64,000 nucleotides of DNA, from contig JADJOI010000002.1 of assembly GCA_016713875.1 (NCBI GenBank), forward strand, positions 128,995-192,994, in the 5' to 3' direction. The translations under genes were made by a program, and so were the position numbers. The notes below the pieces were generated by a model, which saw only the letters and a list, made by a program, of their open reading frames with translations, did no database searches and was not told the DNA's origin. Positions 59,691 through 64,000 of the stretch are shown here, piece by piece (the first letter of the stretch is position 1; every line of letters begins with the position of its first letter). The stretch comes from Flavobacteriales bacterium (lineage in GTDB: Bacteria; Bacteroidota; Bacteroidia; Flavobacteriales_F; PHOS-HE28).

Positions 59691-59912
59691 GCAACGTGAT
59701 CCCGTCGTTCGGTCCGAACTCACTGATCGAGCAGTAGTTTCCTCGTATGCGCTTCTCCGCCTGCGCGCTAAGCGGTGCACTGTCGTAATGGACGCGCATC
59801 AGCTGCTCCGGGAGAACGAGGTCGTTGTACTCGGGTCCCCGCTTGGCATAGCTCACAACCTGCACCAGCGAGATCTTCTGGCCTCGGTCATCAGGCCGAT
59901 CTCGGCGACATC

Positions 59913-60242
59913 CCGCCCAACCTCACCGCACCGCTTTCACCGCCGCATCCAGCCGCGCGGCCACGTTGTCCCAGTCCACCAGCGCGCGCATGTTGTCCAC
60001 GAATTCCGTGCGGCGGTTGCGGAACTTGAGGTAATAGGCGCGCTCCCACACGTCGATCGCCCAACAGTGGGAGAGCGCCCCATTGCGTGATGCGCTCGTG
60101 GTTCTCCACGGGCATCAGCAACAGCTTGTCCGTGTACGGATGGTAGCCGAGCACGCCCCAGCCGTTGCCATCGATGTCCTTGCTGGTGGCGGCCAGCGCT
60201 GCCCAGAGCCGGTCGGGCTCGGCAGCGCGGGAGAACCCGAAG
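59913..60242 (-). pseudogene. sodA: Fe/Mn superoxide dismutase remnant (C-terminal domain only, frameshifted, metal-ligand His replaced by Arg)
   Basis: Frame A (60064-60242) reads …DIDGNGWGVLGYHPYTDKLLLMPVENHERITQWGALPLLG. After a 1-nt shift near 60065, frame C (59913-60066) reads IDVWERAYYLKFRNRRTEFVDNMRALVDWDNVAARLDAAVKAVR*. The SOD signature D-V-W-E-H-A-Y-Y appears as DVWERAYY. No N-terminal domain precedes it: a TGA lies immediately upstream, followed by AT-richer non-coding sequence. Confidence 0.6.
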
Positions 60243-60440
60243 GTCGGATCTGAGGATCATCCATTACCACAGTACCATGGCCGTGTTCGGTACCCAGGGC
60301 AACCGTGCTTCAAAGCGGATCGGCTGGGTCAACGAGGCCCGTGCTTTTTTGTTAACACAGCACCAAAAACACCCAGAAGTGGGTATTTTCGGGGGCCCCG
60401 GCCCAAGTACGTTTGGCATTGCCATCAATACCCGTGAACC

Positions 60441-60866
60441 ATGCCCATCACCACACCCCAGCAGCGCTTTCTCGCTTTGTCCAAAGCTGTCACCGGTCAC
60501 GACGACCTGGACCCGGCCCTGTCCGCCTCCTATCTCCAACGGATGCAGGCGGTCTACACTACTGAATTCGATGCACTGCTCGTAGCCTTTGGCGACCTGC
60601 CCGGCGTGGATCCCGTGTGCGAGATCAAGCGGGAACTGATGCAGGGACCGCACGCCGTGAGTTTCACACATCTGATCAAGGAGATCGTGAACGTATGGTA
60701 CACCTCGCAATTCGAGAAGAAGCCGCCTGCTACCGGTCAGCCCGCACCGGTCGATCCACCTACGGATGTGGAGCACTACAGGAAAGCGCTGATGTACGTG
60801 AACATCAAAGCACCTGTGCGTGGCTTTTCGGACAAGCCCTACGGATACTGGAGCATGAAACTTTAA
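60441..60866 (+). CDS. Putative small subunit of a two-component GMC flavoprotein dehydrogenase (FAD-SLDH / gluconate-2-dehydrogenase subunit-3-like)
   Basis: 141 aa, starting 13 nt upstream of the GMC oxidoreductase gene. The assignment rests on size, position and gene order; no motif is diagnostic. Confidence 0.4.
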   Translation: MPITTPQQRFLALSKAVTGHDDLDPALSASYLQRMQAVYTTEFDALLVAFGDLPGVDPVCEIKRELMQGPHAVSFTHLIKEIVNVWYTSQFEKKPPATGQPAPVDPPTDVEHYRKALMYVNIKAPVRGFSDKPYGYWSMKL

Positions 60867-60878
60867 CTCCCTTGAGCC

Positions 60879-62627
60879 ATGCCTGCTGAAACCGTGTATG
60901 ACTACATCATCATCGGCTCCGGTGTGTCCGGCGCTTTGGCCGCTTACAAGCTGGCGCAAAAGCCCGGCAACCCCAAAGTGTTGGTGATCGAAGCTGCAGA
61001 TGCGCCTTGGGCCACGGAGCCCTTATTCACCCAGTTGTCCAATGCCGCGGACAATAGTGGAGACATCGCCTTGCGCAAGGAGCTGATGAAGGAATGGGCC
61101 TTATCGCCCACGCGTTCAACGCTTTCGCCGTATACGAAACTGGGAAGCAACGCCACGATCCCCAGCCCGGACGGAGGCTCGAAGGCCGACCTGGAGCGGT
61201 ACTACGAGTTGAAACAAGCGCCGGACAACGACCGCGAATTCTGGAAGGCGACCTACCAGCGCCTCGTGGGCGGCTCCACCTGGACCTGGCGCGGGAACTG
61301 CCCGCGTCTCGTGCCCAACGATTTCCTGATGAGGTCGCAGTACGGCAGGGCGGTGGATTGGCCTTTCGGCTATGACATATTGGAGCCTTATTACACGATG
61401 GCCGAAAGGGAGCTGGGCGTGGCCTGCGACGGGGATGCGTGGAGTGAGCACTACCACGGGGCCTTCCGTTCGGCTGCCTTCCCCATGCCGGCGATCGTAC
61501 ATAGCTATAGCGATCTGCGCGTGCGGGAAAGACTGGGGTATGATTTCACCGTGGACGGCGTGCCGATCCATGTATTGCCAACGCCCCAAGCGCGCAACAG
61601 CCAGGCGTACGATAACAACGGCGCCCAGGTGAAGCGGCCCGCCTGCGAAGGAAACGGCAATTGCATCCCGATCTGCCCGATCGGCGCCAAGTACGATGCT
61701 TCGGTGCATGTGAGGGCCGCAAAAAGGAAAGGCGTCGAATTCTGGACGCATCGCGCCGTACACAGCCTCGAACTTGATGGGGCCACGCAACTGATCGGAC
61801 AGGTCGTGTACATCGACTGGAAAAGCGGCAGCATGGAGAAAAAGCGGGTGAAGGGGAGGAACGTGGTGCTCGCCATGCATGCCATAGAGAACGGCCGCTT
61901 GCTGCTCTTCAGCGGGCTGGCCAACAGCAGCAAAAAGGTGGGCCTGAATCTGATGGACCACTTGAACAACGAAATGGTGGGCCTGATGCCTGAGCACATC
62001 TTCCCGTTCCGAGGCCCGCAAGGCACAGCGAGCATACCGGCCTTCTGTGACGGGACTTTCCGCAGCAAGCGCATGGCCTATAACATCACCTTCGGCAACG
62101 ATGGCTGGGGCCGCACCGAGGAACCGTCCAAGAGCCTTGGCGATCTGGTGGACAAGGGGATCATCGGCGCGGAGATGCGCTCGAAGTTCACGGACCGCAT
62201 TTGGCGGCAATTGCGCTTCAGCTTCAGTGGCGAGCAGCTGCCGTATGAACACAACAAGGTGACCCTCGGCGATCGCAAGGATCCGTTGGGCATCCCCGTG
62301 CCGCGCATCACCAATTCGCTGGACGACTACTCGCGTGCCGGTTTCATCCATGCCCAACAAACCCTGCGCACCATCCTTCAGAAGCTTGGCTGTACCGAGA
62401 TCAAACCGCAGGACCCGATCCTCGAGTTCCGTACAGCGGGCCATATCATGGGCACCACGCGCATGGGATCCGATCGCACCACATCGGTCGTGGACCCCGA
62501 TGGTCGCAGCCACGACCACCCGAACCTGTGGGTGGTGGGCTCCAGCGTATTCCCCACCGGGGCCACCGCCAATCCCACCCTTACGATCGCTGCGGTCACG
62601 CTGCGCACCGTGGACAAGATGAACTGA
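60879..62627 (+). CDS. GMC (glucose-methanol-choline) family FAD-dependent oxidoreductase
   Basis: N-terminal FAD-binding YDYIIIGSGVSGALAAYKLA and C-terminal GMC signature …GHIMGTTRMGSDRTTSVVDPDGRSHDHPNLWVVGSSVFPTGATANPTLTIAAVTLR…. Confidence 0.85.
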   Translation: MPAETVYDYIIIGSGVSGALAAYKLAQKPGNPKVLVIEAADAPWATEPLFTQLSNAADNSGDIALRKELMKEWALSPTRSTLSPYTKLGSNATIPSPDGGSKADLERYYELKQAPDNDREFWKATYQRLVGGSTWTWRGNCPRLVPNDFLMRSQYGRAVDWPFGYDILEPYYTMAERELGVACDGDAWSEHYHGAFRSAAFPMPAIVHSYSDLRVRERLGYDFTVDGVPIHVLPTPQARNSQAYDNNGAQVKRPACEGNGNCIPICPIGAKYDASVHVRAAKRKGVEFWTHRAVHSLELDGATQLIGQVVYIDWKSGSMEKKRVKGRNVVLAMHAIENGRLLLFSGLANSSKKVGLNLMDHLNNEMVGLMPEHIFPFRGPQGTASIPAFCDGTFRSKRMAYNITFGNDGWGRTEEPSKSLGDLVDKGIIGAEMRSKFTDRIWRQLRFSFSGEQLPYEHNKVTLGDRKDPLGIPVPRITNSLDDYSRAGFIHAQQTLRTILQKLGCTEIKPQDPILEFRTAGHIMGTTRMGSDRTTSVVDPDGRSHDHPNLWVVGSSVFPTGATANPTLTIAAVTLRTVDKMN

Positions 62628-62647
62628 TCAACCCTACCCCCCATACC

Positions 62648-63601
62648 ATGGCAAAAGCACTTTGGACCAGCGGTACCCTGAAGATGGGCCGCTTCATGTT
62701 CGGCAAGTACGGCGCCGGAGCGGGATCGGTGAAGCAGATCGTATCCGATGGCGATACGGTCCTGTTGAGCACACCGGACAACATCTCCAGCCGTTTCCTG
62801 GGCATCGACGCGGCTGAGATGGGATTCAACCTGCGGCCGACCGGCAACTACGTGAAGATCGACAACCCCAAGTGGGACGCATTCTTCACGAGCGGGGCCT
62901 GGAAGACCGACATCACGCTAACGCCTGACTTGCAGAACCATCTGGAGGGCCGCATGGCCGGCGGCGCCATGGTGGCCGCGAACCACCACAAGCACGCGAT
63001 GGCGGCACAACGCAAGACCGAGGAATTGATCGAAGCGGACATCGCGGCTAGCGGCCGTACCAAGGAAAGCTTCGCGTTCTTCACCTCGTTCGGCAACGAG
63101 TTCATGGATGGCTACGGAAGGCTGCTCTGTTACCTTCATGCCGATAAGGACAACTGGACCCCGGAACAACGGAAGCTGAGCTACAATGAACTGTTGCTTG
63201 TGGCAGGCGTTGTAGCACCCTACTTCATTTATCCCAACATACAACCCTTCCTTGCCGGCAGCCCGTTCGCTTCAGCCCAGGTGCAACCTGCTGGCTTCTG
63301 GGCGGCGATAGCGGGCGCAGCACGGTTGCGCGCCGCGCGCAAGGCCGTGGCCAATGCGCGCACGAACAGGTCCGGCATCTTCGACAACGCCGATCCCTTG
63401 ATCCTTCTGCCCTACGAGTTGCGCTTCCTGGCCCGCAGCGGATCGAGCGGACCGGACCGTTTCGTTATCGACCTCGGTCCGGGCAACGGTAACACGATCC
63501 TCCGACCGGAGAAATACTACACCGTCGCCAACGTGGAGGATCGGCTCTTCATCCCGAAGGAGTACGTGCCCTTGTTCCTCCAGAACGGTTGGACACTTTG
63601 A
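62648..63601 (+). CDS. Thermonuclease (SNase)-like domain protein, hypothetical
   Basis: …VSDGDTVLLSTPDNISSRFLGIDAAEMGFN… resembles the staphylococcal-nuclease DGDT…R(L/F)xGID(A/T)PE motif. The remainder has no recognisable motif. 317 aa. Confidence 0.45.
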   Translation: MAKALWTSGTLKMGRFMFGKYGAGAGSVKQIVSDGDTVLLSTPDNISSRFLGIDAAEMGFNLRPTGNYVKIDNPKWDAFFTSGAWKTDITLTPDLQNHLEGRMAGGAMVAANHHKHAMAAQRKTEELIEADIAASGRTKESFAFFTSFGNEFMDGYGRLLCYLHADKDNWTPEQRKLSYNELLLVAGVVAPYFIYPNIQPFLAGSPFASAQVQPAGFWAAIAGAARLRAARKAVANARTNRSGIFDNADPLILLPYELRFLARSGSSGPDRFVIDLGPGNGNTILRPEKYYTVANVEDRLFIPKEYVPLFLQNGWTL

Positions 63602-64000
63602 TCGCGATACCGAAGCTGAATGAGCGCCTCTTTCTTCCGCGTCGTTCTCTTCACGCTGCTTTCCACGATCGGGCTGACCTGCCACGCGCAGAACCGCTCC
63701 AGTTTCGCCTAGACCCTCCGTTCAGATACCACGTACTTCAAAATACGCTCGGCCGATGTGAACGGAGAGCCGTTCGGTCCCACATGGAAGGTATGCGGCA
63801 ATGAACTGAAGGCCGGGCTCACCATCGATCAACGGATCGGTCTGCCCGTGGTCGACCCTTGGTCCAAGGCGCTGAGGATCGGGTTCCGTGGTTGGCACTT
63901 CGGATCGATGACCATACCACTACGCTTACGACCTGCCACGCTTTCGCTAGCGCCTTCATTGGTCAAAGACCCTTCCATCGCATTGTTCTATGGGCACACC

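Noticed and set aside
60330-60440. AT-richer stretch (…GCTTTTTTGTTAACACAGCACCAAAAACACCC…GGGTATTTTCGG…) considered as a Bacteroidota -33/-7 promoter for the GMC small-subunit gene
   Set aside because: No clean TAnnTTTG -7 box at a proper distance could be confirmed by eye. It is probably a promoter region, but specific elements cannot be assigned without a model.
34076-64000. Possible reassignment of TAG to a sense codon (three suspicious in-frame TAGs)
   Set aside because: TAG clearly terminates well-conserved genes here (tolC at 45313-45315, the Kelch protein at 48741-48743 and the hypothetical at 47406-47408). Pseudogenisation or sequencing error is more parsimonious. It is kept as a check item only.

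Overview
The window is a GC-rich (~65-68 %) stretch of a Bacteroidota-type chromosome. This is judged from several Type-IX-secretion (T9SS) cargo proteins with type-A or type-B (gliding-motility-associated) C-terminal sorting domains and a PorP/SprF gene. Almost all genes end in TGA, with a few ending in TAG.

Gene content from 5' to 3':
- A partial beta-helix-like ORF and a secreted protein with four near-identical 228-bp tandem repeats.
- A menaquinone operon on the minus strand: thioesterase, menF, menD, menB.
- An orphan OmpR-type response regulator and a small T9SS cargo protein.
- An AddB-like PD-(D/E)XK nuclease and an AddA-like UvrD helicase-nuclease, physically split by an oppositely oriented PKD/T9SS adhesin gene and a GNAT gene.
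- A three-lipoprotein cluster resembling MbnP plus two di-haem cytochrome c peroxidases (MbnH-like).
- A dihydrolipoamide-dehydrogenase-family flavoprotein that has lost its redox-active Cys pair.
- A giant (about 1500 aa) PKD-repeat adhesin co-operonic with a TPR/PD40 protein and PorP/SprF.
- An ABC-F ATPase, a phytanoyl-CoA dioxygenase-family oxygenase, an SCO copper chaperone, and two DUF2490-like outer membrane proteins.
- A long-chain acyl-CoA ligase interrupted by an in-frame TAG.
- A UDG-superfamily glycosylase.
- An FNT channel next to a persulfide-dioxygenase/rhodanese fusion (CstB-like), which looks like a candidate sulfide-handling module.
- A lower-GC heavy-metal RND efflux cluster (His-rich small protein, CzcB, CzcA, TolC).
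- QueD, a Kelch-repeat T9SS protein, and a GNAT.
- A TetR-regulated RND multidrug efflux operon whose TolC gene lacks its N-terminus.
- A degenerate IS630 element followed by a lower-GC island carrying a methyltransferase, a decayed sodA remnant, a two-gene GMC flavoprotein dehydrogenase and an SNase-like protein.

No rRNA, tRNA or CRISPR was recognised. Every call is from reading the translations and motifs; no database search was possible.
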